In this document: piece by piece, positions 35,648 through 49,767 of the stretch
Layout: each line of letters opens with the position of its first letter
Position numbering within the stretch: position 1 is the first letter of the stretch
DNA from: Mustelus asterias
Taxonomy: Eukaryota
Reading direction: 5' to 3'
Assembly (NCBI RefSeq): GCF_964213995.1
Contig: NC_135810.1
Coordinates: 105,338,001 to 105,402,000 of the forward strand
DNA length: 64,000 bases
The notes under the pieces: model-generated
Database searches by the model: none
The model's input: only the letters and a program-made list of their open reading frames with translations
What the model was told of the DNA's origin: nothing
Program-made: the position numbers and the translations under genes

Positions 35648-38564
35648 CTACATGTGACATGGGGGGAGAAAAGAGAATGGTTAGGAGTAATAGAGAAAGA
35701 GAAGAAAATAAAAATTACATTTGACTGAATTATTTGCATTTACAATTCAACATTTTGGGTCAATTAAGAGATGATATTGAATTCAAGCAAATATCATGAG
35801 AAATTCAGCATTTGAAAATATATTATTGTGGTGGCACAGTGGTTAGCACTGCACCCTCACAGCGCCAGGGACCCGGGTTCAAATCCCGGCTTGGGTCACT
35901 GTCTGTGTGGAGTTTGCACATTCTCCCCGTTGGGTTTCCTCCGGGTGCTCCGGTTTCCTCCCACAGTTCAAAGGTGTGCGGGTTAAGTGGATTGGCCAGG
36001 CTAAATTGCCTCTTAATGTCTGGGGGACTAGCTAGGGTAAATGCATGGGGTTATGGGGTTATCCCACCTGGGTGGGATTGTGGTTGGTGCAGACTTGATG
36101 GGCCAAATGGCCTCCTTCTGCACTGTAGGATTCTATGATATTCGTTAAATGACTATTTTTGCTTATGGCTGTTGTTATAAGTGGTCTTATGCAATCAAAC
36201 AACGTTACAATGCAGGAAAAAGCTTTAGATTTAACTCACAATACATATAGTGACTCTGAAAAGAGTCTTGTGTTGACTCCCACTTCTTTGTTCTTTCCCC
36301 TTATCCACTTAAATTCATCTTTATACAAATTTCTATCCACCTTCCACCACAGGTTCAACAGAAATCACTGTTACCAGGCTTCTGTTAAAGGTTTTGCAGG
36401 GTGATAGTTAAGGCAGACAGGTTATGTTCCAATTTGTTTATAGAATAGCCAAATACTATTTATGGGTGAATGGTAATACTTTGCATTTTCTGCAGGAATG
36501 TTCACAGTAAATCTAAATAGACAGATTTTTAAAAAAAACTACAGAAATTTATTCTTTCAATCAAGAATACAGAACAGCATGCAAACGTACGAATTAGGAG
36601 CAGGAGTAGGCTTTTCAGCCCCTCAGGTCTGCTCCACCATTCAATATGATCATGGCTAATCTGGTTGTGGCCTCAATTCTACATTCCACTCACCCCTGAA
36701 AACCTTTAACTCCCTTGTTAGTCAAGAATATATCTGCCCCTACCTTAAAAATAGGTGCATTTACCATAAATAGCCAAAATCTACTTTCAATGCCTGATCT
36801 GTTTCTATTTACCAATCAATTTCCCATAACATTGCACAAGGGAAGTCAACCAACTCTACTATGTATAGAATCCCTGCAGTGCAGGAGGCTATTCAGCCCA
36901 TCGATTCTGCACTGATTCTCTGACAGAGTATCTTACCCAGGCCCTCTCCCCTGCTCTATTCCCATAACCCCACACATTTACCATGGCTAATCCATCTAAC
37001 CTACACATCTTGGGTCACTAAGGGGCAATTTAGCATGGCCAATCCACCTAACCTGGACATCTTTGGACTGTGGGAGGAAACTGGAGCATCCTGGAAGAAC
37101 CCATGCAGACACGGGAAGAATGTGCAAACTCCACACAGTCACCTGAGGCCGGAATTGAACCTGGGTCCCTGGCGCTGTGAGGCAACAATGCTAACCATTG
37201 TGCCACTGTGCTAAAGAAGAAGGGTTAAAGGACAAGAGATAATTGGACCAGGATGAGCAGAAGCAATTTAGTCATCATTTTAAAACCTTATTTTGTTCTT
37301 AATATTTTTAATGTTACTTGGATTTTATATTATCCATTTAAGATATTTAAATTCTTACTGTTTACACTGCCCTACGTTTAAAATAAGAATTACTTACATG
37401 GATGTAAGCTTATGGTGCAATGACTTCCTCCTACCACTGGTGTCATGACAGTGTCTATGTTAATGTCAGCTATATGTCATATGACTATATTCCAACTCCA
37501 GTTTGATGCTTTCTATACAATTGTAAGTTTTTCTATTTAACCATATTCCATTTTAATATTAAAGTATTATAATAGGGTATTTAAAAGGGGACTGAATTAC
37601 AGCTACATGCTGTACCTTCTAACCCTGTTGCAATTAAAAGCTATATTTGATCAAGAAACCAGCCATATTTAAGCATTGAGAAACATTCCAGGCTTTACCC
37701 AGTCAACAGTTGAAACTGTACAATGTTTAGCTCTGAATGCACCTCGAGAACTGTGTCCAAATTCATCACACAGACACAAAACAGGCACTAAAACCCAGGA
37801 GGTGGTGCACAGTGAGGGAAGAGGCTGACCCCTAGCACCGAGTCACAAAGAAATAATTAGGCAATTTGTACATTTCATCCTGGTAAATGGAGGAGTCTTC
37901 AAAGATGCACCTAAATTAGCAATTTTGTTTTATTCGTTTGTGGGATGTGGGCATTGCCGGCTAGACCAGCATTTATTGCTGATCCTTAATTGTCCTTGAG
38001 AAGGTGATAGTGAATTGACTTCTTGAACCACTGCAGTTGCTGTGATGTAGGCACACCACAGTGCTGTTAGGGAGGACATTCCTGGATTTTGACCGGAGGG
38101 AGTTCCAGAGTTTTGACTCAGCGGCAGTGAATGAACTGCAATATATTTTCAAGTCAGGATGGTGAGTGACTTGGAGAGGACCTTGCCGGTAGTGGAGTTC
38201 CCAGGTATCAGCTGTCTTTGTTCTTCTGGTGATGTTTAAGAAGCAACAAATTCAGGACATTGCATCAAGTTAAACTATGGCGGTAAGAGAAGAGGATACA
38301 ACTCTAAGCCAACAGAAGACAAATTTGGGATTGCAGCTATCACATAAAAGTGTTCAGTTCGTGGAGAGAGTTTCTGGAGAAAGAAAAAGTCTGGAAACAT
38401 TTAACAACCAATTGGATGTTATAATGAGCAGAAATGCAGATCCTCTGCACGCATCAGATAAAATGGACTGAATGGCCTTTCTCATCCATATCGTGACTGA
38501 TAGGACATGACAGAAATGACTAAATTATCATTGTACACAGGATAGCCTCACCCTTCATATATTA

Positions 38565-38708
<144 letters not shown>

Positions 38709-39329
38709 TCATGGAAATAGACCAGTGATATAAATTTCCCAGATTACTGAAATGATGAAAACGCCTAATCAGTTGTCATCACTTGATGGTCACTTTTGAG
38801 GCAGAACACTTGCACGTCAATTAAATGAACTGCAAACATTAAAATATAATAGCTAACAGTCTAATGGTGCGTGAACAATAATCAAAGAGTGATCATGGTC
38901 TGATTGAGTTTAACATTGTATTTGAAAGGGAGAGATCATAGAAATCCTACAGTACAGAAAGAGGCCATTCGGCCCATCGAGTCTGCACCGACCACAATCC
39001 CACCCCCATATCCCTACATAATCCCTCTAACCTACGCATCTCAGGACACTAAGGGGCAATTTTAACATGGCCAATCAACCTAACCTGCACATCTTTGGAC
39101 TGTGGGAGGAAACCGGAGCACCCGGAGGAAACCCACGCAGACACGAGGAGAATGTGCAAACTCCACACAGACAGCGACCCAAGCCGGGAATCGAACCCAG
39201 GTCCCTGGAGCTGTGAAGCAGCAGTGCTAACCACTGTGCCACCGTGCTGCCGATGCAAAACAGCTGCTACAATTCAAGATTTACATGAGGATAACTTCAC
39301 TGGGAAGAGATAGAGACAGTCCACAGTAA

Positions 39330-41350
39330 ATTGGTCAAAATTATTCATGGGGAACATGACAGATAATCAGTGGGTGGCGAATCAAAAATGCTTTAATGCA
39401 GTATGGAACCAGTTTAAACCCCTAAGGAGCTCAAACTCTAATTAGCAAGTTTATCAAAATGACCAAATAACTAATTGCCACGGACAACTTAAGAAGTAAG
39501 AGACAACATAAAATTAAAAGGAAAGTGACAGGAATGGGAAAGATAGCAGAGACAATGGCAACTGGAAAAGATTCAAAGAACAGCAAAGGCTGATTAACAG
39601 TTGGCAAGACCTACAAAAAGAGAATAAGAAAGAAACTTGCAGGGGACATCAAAGTCACAAAATAACTTTACAAGTACATCAGGGAAAAGAGGGTGGTTAA
39701 GAGCAATGTGGGGCCCTTCAAATTTGATGATGATGATATTATAAATGAACATAAGGAAATGGTAAACGTGCTGAATTTGCATCATTATTTACAGTAGAGG
39801 AACAAAACAACATGCTGGACATCCCAAGGAAACTAATATTGCATCAGGGACAGAGACCCAAACACAATTAACATTAGCACTAAAGAGGGGCAAACACCCA
39901 GGATTTTCATTCCAGGATTTTAAAGGAAGTAGCTGAGAACATTACAGATATCCTAACTATAATGTTCTAAAGTTTTCGATTCAGGAACCATTCCTTTAGA
40001 TGGGAAAATTGCACATCATTCTGCTATTTAAGAAAGGTGAGAGAGGGAAGCTTGGGAATTATAAACCAATTCGCCTAACATCTGTTGTCAGGAAATTTCT
40101 AGAGTTTAAAATTAAAGATTCAGTGACTGAACACCTTAAACATCTTGAGTTGATCAGGGGAAAACAGAATCGATTTGTAAAAGGCAGGTCATGCCTGATG
40201 AACCTGCTTGACATTTTTGAAGAGGTGGCTAAAGTAGTAGACATGGGTCTTCTTATGAATGCTATGTATATGGCCTTCCAGAAGACATTCAGCAACATCC
40301 CTCATAGCGACTGTTAACTACAATTGAAAGTCACAGAATTGAGGAAATTTGCTGACCTGGTTGTTTCCTGCAGCTCAGCCAAATTCCCAAAGAGTTGGCG
40401 TAATAGTAACGGCTCTAATTGACAGGATGTGACCAGGAAAGGTTTAACCAACTTATTGGAAGTTCTTTGAAGGAGTGACATTTGCTGTGGATAAAGGGGA
40501 ACCAGTGGCTATATTATACTTAGATTTCCAGAAGGCATTTGATAAGGTGCCACATCAAAGATTATTGTGGAAAATAAAATCCCATGGTGTAGAGGGAACA
40601 TATTGGCATGGATTGAAGATTGGCAATGTAACAAGAACCAAAGTTGTTGTAAAGAGGCCTTTTTTTTGGTTGGCAGGATGTCAAGAGTGGAGAACCGAGG
40701 GATCAATGCTGGGGCCTCAACTCATCAGACGAAGGGTCTGAAGGTATGATTGCTAAGTTTGCTGATGATACAAAGATAGGTAGGAAAGTAAATTGTGAAA
40801 ACTAAGGATGCTACAAAGGGACATAGATAGGTTGAGTATACAAAAATGCAAATTGGATTATGTGAGAAAATGTGAAATTGTCCATTTTGGCAGGAAGAAT
40901 AAAAAAGTGCACGATTAAAGTCTGAGATGCAGAGGGATCTGGGTTAGCTGGTACAATCACAAAAGGCTAGTATACAAGTACAGCAAGTAATTAGGAAAGC
41001 TAATAGATTATCATTTTTGAGGGGAATTAATTACAAAAGTAGAGAGGTTTTGCTTCAGTTGTACAGGGCATTGGAAAGACCACATCTGGAGTATTGTGCA
41101 CAGTACTGGTCTCCTTATCGAAGATGTAAATGCATTAGAAACAATTCAGAGAAGGTTTACTTGACTAATACCAGGAATGAGCAGGTTATCTTATGAGGAA
41201 AGGTTGGAGAAGTTAGGTTTGTATCCACTAGAGTTTAGAAGAGGTGAATTGATCGAAACCTTTAAGATCTTGAGGGGTGTGACAGGGTAGATGTGGAGCG
41301 GATGTTTCCTCGTGTGAGAATCTAGTATTAGAGGTTACAGCTTAAAAATT
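39330..41350 (+). mobile_element. Old, heavily mutated CR1 ORF2 fragments (at least two pieces)
   Basis: LFKKGER..GNYKPI.LTSVV, YLDFQKAFDKVPH and KFADDTK remnants with many indels; the DKG/YLDF region appears twice. Confidence 0.85.
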
Positions 41351-42339
41351 GCAATCCCCATATATGAATTACAAAGTTATAAATAGACCTATTTTATTCT
41401 TGATTTAGAATGAGATTCACTCAATTTGGTTTAAAGGTGCAATCTTTCATTCCACCATGATGACTCACTGCATAATGTACTTTGCTGTGAGATATTGCAT
41501 TGAGTCATGGAAACAATGAAGGGGCAGTTTTGACCCACAACTTTCATAGAGTCCCTACAGTGCAGAAGGAGGCCATTCGGTTTATCGAGTCTGCACCAAC
41601 CATAATCCCACTCAGGCCCTATTCCCATAACCCCACCCTGCTAATCCCTGACACTAGAGTCAATTTAGCATAACCAATCAACCTAACCTGCACATCTTTG
41701 GACTGTGGGAAGAAACTGGAGCACCCGGAGGAAACCCAGGCAGACACAGGGAGAGCGTGCAAACTCCACACTGATAGTGACCCAAGGCCGTAATTGAACC
41801 TGGGTCCCTGGCACTATGAGGCAGCAGTGCTAACCACTGTGCCACAGCTTTTTAACATTTTGTCGGTTTGCAGATCTTTCATTTTGTTCTACCCCCTCTC
41901 TCCCACTTACTTCTTCGCAGTGCTGGCTTTGCACCAGATATGATCTTGTTGACCTGGCAAGATGCATTAGACAGGTTGCATGCCCTTTAACTATAAGGGC
42001 AAAATGTTACCTGCATAGTCCCTTAGTTAGGGAAGAGAGAAAACAATCCTAATCAACGTCCAGGGAAAAAGTGTATCCATGGGGGAAAAGATTGAGTCGG
42101 TCATTCTGTCTGTCCCTCCCCCCACCTCACCTCCTGATTTAAGTACCTGACAGCAACAATCCACAGGTAAAAACAAGAATACGGATTAGGGTAAAGTAGT
42201 GGACATATCCAACACCCCTGTTACTATAGGCTGCTGAAATAGAGAGAACTAGAAAAAATAATCAGATTTGGTGGCAATTAATCCACGTCATTGCATACAC
42301 TGCTTACATTTAACCTTAAATTATAACTTTAAAATATAA

Positions 42340-42720
42340 CCCTCAAAACGCGTTCCTCTGTTTTCATTAACATTTAATGAAAGCCTCGTTTTCTAAAAAA
42401 AACAAAGGTATTAGCCCTTAAACCAGCTGCGTCTCTAGGCCTCTCCTTCCCCCAAGACCCGTGCGGCGAAAAATACTTTATTTTTAAAAAATAACAGAGA
42501 GTTTAAAGATTAGACCCCGTGCCCGGGGCAGCTCTTACTAAGCCGGGATAAGCAGACACTTTAACAGGGTCACGCCGAAGGCCAGCGGCGCAAACCAGCT
42601 CCAAGTGCTCACACTGGGCGCCGCCATTGCTCTTTCACTCAACTTTATTTAAACTCTCAGTGCAGCTGGTGCGAGCAGAGCAGCTCCCTGAGTGAAGGCA
42701 ACACTGCAGCATCTGAACTC
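42340..42720 (-). promoter_or_regulatory. CpG-enriched ALG8 promoter / first-exon region
   Basis: Local CpG enrichment around exon 1 within AT-rich flanks. Confidence 0.5.
42539..42627 (-). CDS. ALG8: ALG8 alpha-1,3-glucosyltransferase exon 1 (89 coding nt)
   Basis: ATG GCG GCG... gives MAAPSVSTWSWFAPLAFGVTLLKCLLIPA(Y); donor TA|GTAAGA; CpG-rich surroundings. Confidence 0.92.
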
Positions 42721-45060
42721 CTATTTGTTCACGCTTAACAACTTAATGGCAAACTGTTACTTGTCTTCCTCTGAAGTGGCATCCACAAAATATTCCACAT
42801 CTATTTTGTTAAATATTTTTTATTTTTAAAGTCCTATTAAATGTATTCTAAAGGCCAGTGGTGGCACAGCGGTTGGCACTCCCGCCTCACAGCAGGGACC
42901 AGGGTTCAATTCCCGGCTTGGGTCACTGTCTGTGCGGCGTCTGCACGTTCTCCTCGTGTCTGTGTGGGTTTCCTCTGGGTGCTCCAGTTTCTTCCCATGG
43001 TATGAAAGGGTTAGGTGCATCGACCATGCTAAAAATTCTCCCTCAGTGTACCCGAATAGACGCTAGAGTGTGGCGACTAGGGGATTTTCACAGTAACTTC
43101 ATTGCAGTGTTAATGTAAGCCTACTTGTGACACTAATAAATCAACTTTAAAAACTTAATCAATTAATAGGTCAGTACTACTGATTTGCAAGTGATAGTGT
43201 GAAGCCTGCTTCTGTCTCTTGTGGCAATGACAGCAACTTCTGTTGGCAAGTAAGCAAGTTATCCAAATTACATACTCGCAGGATGGTGAATTAGTTTGAC
43301 AAGAAGCTCGAAGGATATTAGCAACTCTCTGGTCCTGAAACAAATGGCCACTCTTTACGAATGTCAGCAATCATTTGAGAGATGGATGAATGAATAGTGT
43401 GGGGATTGAAGAGAGGGTAATGCAGATAAGCCCCAACTGACATTTCCAGCAGGAGTCATTGAGTCTTCAAATCAAAACTTGAAACGTTAAGTCTTATTTC
43501 TCACTCCACAGATGCCACCAGACCTGCTGAGTCATTCCAGCATTTTCATTTTTATTTCAGATTTCCAGCATCTGCAGTATTTTTTTGCTTTAATTACATT
43601 TATATAACACCTTTCACGACTACAGGATTTCCCGAAGCACTTTGCAGCCAATGACATACTTTTCAACTGTTTCGTAGTGTTGGAAACACAGCGGCCAATT
43701 TGTTCACACCAAATCCCCACAAACAGCATGTGATAATGACCAGATAATCTGCTTTTGTGATGTTGACTGAGGGATAAATATTTGCCAGGAAACCAGGGAT
43801 AACTTCCTTTCTCTTCAAGGTAGTGCCATGGGATCTTTTCTGCCCACCTGGGAGATGGGGCTTCAGTTTCCTGTCAAATCTGAAAGATTACACCTCAGGC
43901 AGTGCAGCATTCCCTCAGTACTCTAGTGTCAGCCTTGTTTTTTATGCTCAGGTCCTGGAGTCGAACTTGAACCCACAACCTTCTAGCTCCAAGATAAGGG
44001 TACTACTAATTGAGTCACAGCTGGTACCAGTTTAATACACTCTGCTATCCCAATTCCTTCAGACTACAGTCACTGGAGCAACTGTGGCTTCCCCATTATT
44101 TCCTAACTTGTCACAGATGTGGCTCAACACCCAACCATGTGGGTGCACTTACCCACTGAGCTGTGTGGTATATTTTAATGGAATATTTTTATTTATTTGG
44201 GAGGAAACTTTACTCAGATAACCAAAACTATGAACATAACCCCATTAAGTTATATTTATGGGGTACCATCATATACAAAATTGTCTGGAGGTAGCTTTGA
44301 TTTTGGGGCAAGAGGCAGTGAGCTTGTTTCTCCAAAGTATTGACTGCTTGTACTTAATTGCAGCAACAATTTACCATAGTGCAATTTGAACTTACAGAGA
44401 TAGTGTTGCTAATCAGCTCCATAACCACTATATTACCATGCCTTTTTTTATCTTTAAGTGCCGTGTTATGCATATACATCCAGTAAGGTGTAACTAAATG
44501 TTATTATTTTTTAATCAGCAAAGTTTTCTTTGGCAATAGCTATTTGTAGAATCTTGCCGTGTGCAAACTGGCTGCCACATATGCCTACATAAGAGCATGC
44601 ATTCAATTTATATCATGTGAATTGTTTTGATTTATTTTGATTATGGTGTGGTGCAAATGCAAGTATTTCTTTCCAAACCTCAACTGGTAATAGTATGATA
44701 ATTTGGACCAGTTTTGCCTCCATTTTTATTTAAATATCAATAAACCTTGGTTTTGTGTAACAAGAGAAATCAGCAGTGAACATCCATCATTGTGGAAGCT
44801 AGACCCAAAACATTGGATTACTATATATCCTTTAACATAGATAACATCCCAAGATACTTCAGAGGAGTAATCACACGTGAAAAAATGACACCGGACAATA
44901 AAAAGGCTTATTTTATACAAAGAATGTAGGGACCAAGTTGCCAGGATAGACCATTGACTAAAAGCGTATACATGGGTTCAAGAGGTGACTGCCAGACAAA
45001 ACAGCCACAAAATATTCAGTGATTAATCTACAGTCGAGGACATCCTGTCCAGAAGAAATG

Positions 45061-45165
45061 TTGTGGAGATGCCGGCATTGGACTGGGGTAAACACAGTAA
45101 GAAGTTTAACAACATCAGGTTAAAGTCCAACAGGTTTATTTGGTAGTAAAAGCCACACAAGCTTT
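45061..45165 (-). mobile_element. Penelope-like 3' terminal fragment
   Basis: gtggagatgccggcattggactggggtaaacacagtaagaag...aagcttt, homologous to 54808-54912; breaks off within the hammerhead motif. Confidence 0.8.
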
Positions 45166-45710
45166 AAATGTGTCAGTGTTCAACGAGTCTCAAAAACGTA
45201 TATAGAGTCATAGAGGTTTACAGCATGAAAACAGGCCCTTCAGCCCAACTTGTCCATGCCGCCCCTTTCTTTAACCCCTAAGCTAGTCCCAATTGCCCGC
45301 ATTTGGCCCATATCCCTCTATACCCATATAACTGTCTAAACACTTTTTAAAAGACAAAATTGTACCTGCCTCTACTACTACCTCTGGCAGCTTGTTCCAG
45401 ACACTCACCACCCTCTCTGTGGAAAAAATTGCCCTCTGCACCCTTATTTAGGCTGATTTATTTTTAGGCTGATTTATTTTAAAATAAGTGTCCTCTATAA
45501 GTGAATCTAGCAACATTTGTTTCATCTGAACTGTAATATTCTACTGTACCACTAAAAGAATTAACATTCGTGATATTGCATATGATAGACTGAGAGATTA
45601 AGTGCACAGCTGGTAATAATTTTAGTTCTAAATAAGAAAAAAAGAAGAGGCTTTCATTTTTTTTCAAACCCAAAAGATCGGGAACCCATGTCAGTTGGCT
45701 TGCAATATTC

Positions 45711-46442
45711 TCAGTACTGACTGAAATGCAGAATCACTGGATCAGATGAGACAGAGGGAATGGAATGAAGAAGGAATCCACCGTCAACTGCTATTTTTAT
45801 GATTTGCTGAACAAACATTGCCAGATTTTTGATTTGCAGATGAGATGGTGAAACATAGAGGCTTTTCCAATTCTGCATTACATAATGTCTTTCCATTCTA
45901 GTTCCATTGCTTTCAACCCATTCCAGTGAAATAAATTTCTGATCTCCCAGATTGGTACCTGCAGATAAGTTGTCTCCATTGAAAACATAGTAAAATTTGG
46001 AATCGAGGTGTTTCAATAAGGCAAATGATGTGGAAAATACTTGAACATTAACAATTTTTACAGTATAGGTGCCAACATTATGTAACCGTGAGTCGTGAAT
46101 GATGTTAAGCATTACGTTCTTTTTTATTTCAGTAATTGGGGATTTGACTGTCTGCAGAGCCTCCAGCAGAGGTTTTATTTGGAAAAAATCAGCCTCTCTG
46201 TTCAGAAGTTCCAGCTCTTGGAAACCAACTGGAAGGTCCAAGTGCGAAGTTCGAAGAAAATTCAGGATGTGTCGAAATATTTTTCCATCTCTGTCTATGA
46301 AGTAGTTTCCTTGCTGATCCTTGCTGGTGGGCAAAGCTCCATTAAACATTAAGCCAAGCATCGATTCTGGATAGCGAGTTAAAGTCTTTAGGGAAGTGGT
46401 GTATAACTTTCCCCCTACATTCAACGTTATTGGTCCTGACAT
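45711..46442 (-). CDS. KCTD21: BTB/POZ (T1) domain protein KCTD21 or KCTD21-like, single coding exon, 243 aa
   Basis: MSGPITLNVGGKLYTTSL...FIDRDGKIFRHILNFLRTSHLDLP and the C-terminal VFSTS/LEWV/IAVDGGF blocks align with KCTD21. Splice acceptor gtttacag| lies at 46461, 18 nt before the ATG. AATAAA candidates at ~45458-45478. Adjacent to ALG8, as in human. Confidence 0.88.
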   Translation of the reverse strand: MSGPITLNVGGKLYTTSLKTLTRYPESMLGLMFNGALPTSKDQQGNYFIDRDGKIFRHILNFLRTSHLDLPVGFQELELLNREADFFQIKPLLEALQTVKSPITEIKKNVMLNIIHDSRLHNVGTYTVKIVNVQVFSTSFALLKHLDSKFYYVFNGDNLSAGTNLGDQKFISLEWVESNGTRMERHYVMQNWKSLYVSPSHLQIKNLAMFVQQIIKIAVDGGFLLHSIPSVSSDPVILHFSQY

Positions 46443-47337
46443 GGTGAGATCCTTTAATTTCTGTAAACAAAATAAAGAGTGTGATATGGAATCTTTAAGA
46501 GAAAGAATGTCTTTTTAAAAGTGACCTACCTTTGCTTCTAGGTCCCAGACTGTTCCATTCTGGTACCAATAATCTTGAATTATGCATAGAGAACTTGTGA
46601 TAATTCTTCTTTTTCAAAAGGGATGTTAGATACTTTTAATGATACCAGCATCAAGCATGCCCAATTATAATATGGTATAATTAATTGCAGATTAGAGCTT
46701 CCTTAACTATGTACTTGGAAGTCGAGTTGCACACTCACAACTAAAGCAGCGTATTATTTTTGTTTCCCTTTGAGGTATTAAAGAAAGACTGCCATTTAAC
46801 GCCAAGTTTGGAGCAAGCCTTAAAGAGTATTGCTCCAAACTTGGGCTGTGCGCCCTTCTCACTAGGCTTGAGAATTATTGAATTTCATGAAGTCCTCACT
46901 CATCACTCACCTCAGTAGTTAATCAGTTTTTCCCAAATCTTTTACAGTAGGAGGCGACAGCTAAGCCCAGTCTTGTTCTGAACTTCAATCAATACACTTT
47001 CCATTCAGAGTTGAATTACAAGAATGAGCAGAAACTCTTCAATGATTTAGCCACTCATGCAATGGTAGTGTGGTAACCCATTTGGGTAAGTTAAATTTAA
47101 AGTCAGTAGCATTATTCTCCAGACAGCGATTAGAAGCAGGAACCCAAATAATTTTCCCCTGCCTAACTCGGAAGCACAAGAGCCAGATAATTGTAGTACC
47201 CGTGCTACTTTTCCAACTGAGATCAGTTAACTTGTCGTGAAACAGGGCAAATCCGAGGCCTTCCTGATCTGTATGTCTCAACCACTCAGATGGATAAACT
47301 CACTGAACTACTACTGGGAGATCTTAAACTTTAAAAA

Positions 47338-48395
47338 AAACTTGATTCCATAGAGTAACCATTTCCCCAGGCAGCTGTGTTTTCCTTCATAAATCGAAAA
47401 TAGAATACTCCAAAACTAACACTTTGTCGACTTTCAAGTGACAATCACCACACTAAGAAGTCCTGGAAAAGTGAAGTATTGTTGCATCACTTACGAAAAT
47501 AAAGATCACTTTTGAAGTTATAGGTCCCAATTTACGTTGGATGTCGAAAGAAATTGATATGAGCACAGTGCTTTAATGGATTTGATTAAAAGCTACAAAA
47601 GGCCTAAAAAAGGTACAAACTGCACCTTCAAAACCACGTACTTGGAAAATTCTTAAACAATCCCCTTTCCAGAATAATCGTATTTAACATCTGCCCTTAT
47701 CTTTATGGCATTAAAGAGAAAACAAACACAGTCACACCCTAGACCACAAAAGCACTTCAAGACAGTTTGGATCCACAGACCTTTTAAAACTTTGTTTTGT
47801 CTTCCTTAAGTATTACTCTAAAGTTTATTTCCTGTGACAGCCACCTTATTGCAACGAGATCACCCAGCTAACTAAATTTACTTCCAGGTTTGAAGGAAAA
47901 TAATTAGAAACTGGAATGTGTGCTGCAGGTGCTTCCTACCGTCTCAAAAAGGTTGCTTAGCACATTGCATTCTGGGATATGTGGATTTATTACTCCCAGT
48001 CCCAGAATACACAGCAGCTAGTTTCATTTGCAAACAAACCTGTGGTCACGTATTTTTTCTAATGCACAGGAGATGGGCAACACTGGAAGGTCAGCACTTA
48101 GACAGGGGGTATCCCTCCCCTCCCTCTATCACCACCCTCCCTCTATCCCCATCCTCAGAGAAACTTGATTCCACAAAGTAACCATTTTCCCAGGCAGCTG
48201 TGTTTTCCTTCATAAATCGAAAATAGAATACTCCAAAACTAACACTTTGTCGACTTTCAAGTGACAATCACCACACTAAGAAGTCCTGGAAAAGTTAAGT
48301 ATTGTTACATCACTTGGGAAAATAAAAATCACTTTTGAAGTTATAGGTCCCAATTTACGTTGGATGTCAAAAGAAATTGGTATGAACAGGTGCTT
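47338..48395. repeat. Dispersed direct duplication of ~235 bp (47338-~47573 and 48161-~48395)
   Basis: aaacttgattcca...ggtcccaatttacgttggatgtc is present twice with scattered substitutions. Confidence 0.9.
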
Positions 48396-49767
48396 CTTAC
48401 CCCCTGTGCCACCCCTAGGGGCAGTGAAAAACAGCACGGGGGCACAGTGGTTAGCACTGCTGCCTCACAGCGCCAGGGACCCAGGTTCGATTCCTGACTT
48501 GGGTCACTGTCTGTGCAGTGTCTGCATGTTCTCCGCGTATCTGTGTGGGTTTCCTCTGGGTGCTCCGGTTTCCTCCCACAGTCTGAAAGACGTGCTGGTT
48601 AGGTGCATTGACCTGAATAGGCGCCGGAGTGTGGCGACTAGGGGAATTTCACAGTAACTTCATTGCAGTGTTAATGTAAGCCTTACTTGTGACTAATAAA
48701 TAAACTTTACTTAACTCCCACTCCGAATTGCCCATGTGGGGAACCCCTTTCTTGAATTGCTGTGGTGTGTGTGGTGAAGGCATTCCCACAGTGCTGTTAG
48801 AAGGGCTTTCTGGGATTTTGATTCAGCGGCAATAAAAAAAAGTGATATGTTTCCAAGTGAAGTTGGTGTGTCAGTGGCAGGAGAACTTGGAGGTGACCCA
48901 CGTTGCCCTGGCTGTGGGGAAGGTCGTGGGTTTGCAGTGTGCTGCCACAGGAGCCCCGGTGAGTTGCTGCAGTGCACCTTGAATACAGGACACAGTGCTC
49001 CCACCAATGCTGGTGGTGGGGGGAGTGAATGATTAAGAAGATGTCAAGAGTGTCAATCAAGTGGGCTGCTCTATCCTGGATGGTGTTAAGCTTTGAATGT
49101 TCTTGGAGTGCACCCGGATGCAACTGGAGAGTAAAGTAAGTTAAAGTTTATTTATTACATTAACACTGCAATGAAGTTATTGAGAAAATCCTCCAGTCTT
49201 CACACTCCGGCGCCTGTTCGGGTACACTGAGGGAGAATTTAGCATGGCCAATGCACCTAATGTGCACATCTGTGGGAGGAAACCCATGCAGACATGGGGA
49301 GAATGTGCAAACTCCACACAGACAGTGACCCAAGGAATCGAACTCGGGTCCCTGGCAATGTGAGGCAGCAGCGCTAACCACTGTCCCACCATGCCGCCCC
49401 CGTATTTCATCAGACTCCTGACTTGTTGATGGTGGACAGGCTTCGGGGAGCCAGGAGGTGAGTTTCTTGCAGTCTCTGATGTGCATCTTTTAACTGCGTT
49501 TTTCCCAAACTCCCTTAGCAACACCGCTTTTCCTAACCGACCTCCTACTCAGCACCCACTGTCTTCCTTCTCTCCTATAAAATGCTTTTGTACATGGTCG
49601 AATTTCAAGTCAAAAAATTATAGTGCAGCAGCTTTCAGATCTAATTTCTCAGTATTCATTCATTCCCAAAACAATCCAAAGCTAATATTAAAAAAGCAGA
49701 TTTTAAAAAAATCAAATCACTGATTGGAAATCTTTAATAGAGAAACAGATAATGCAGGAAATAAGTT

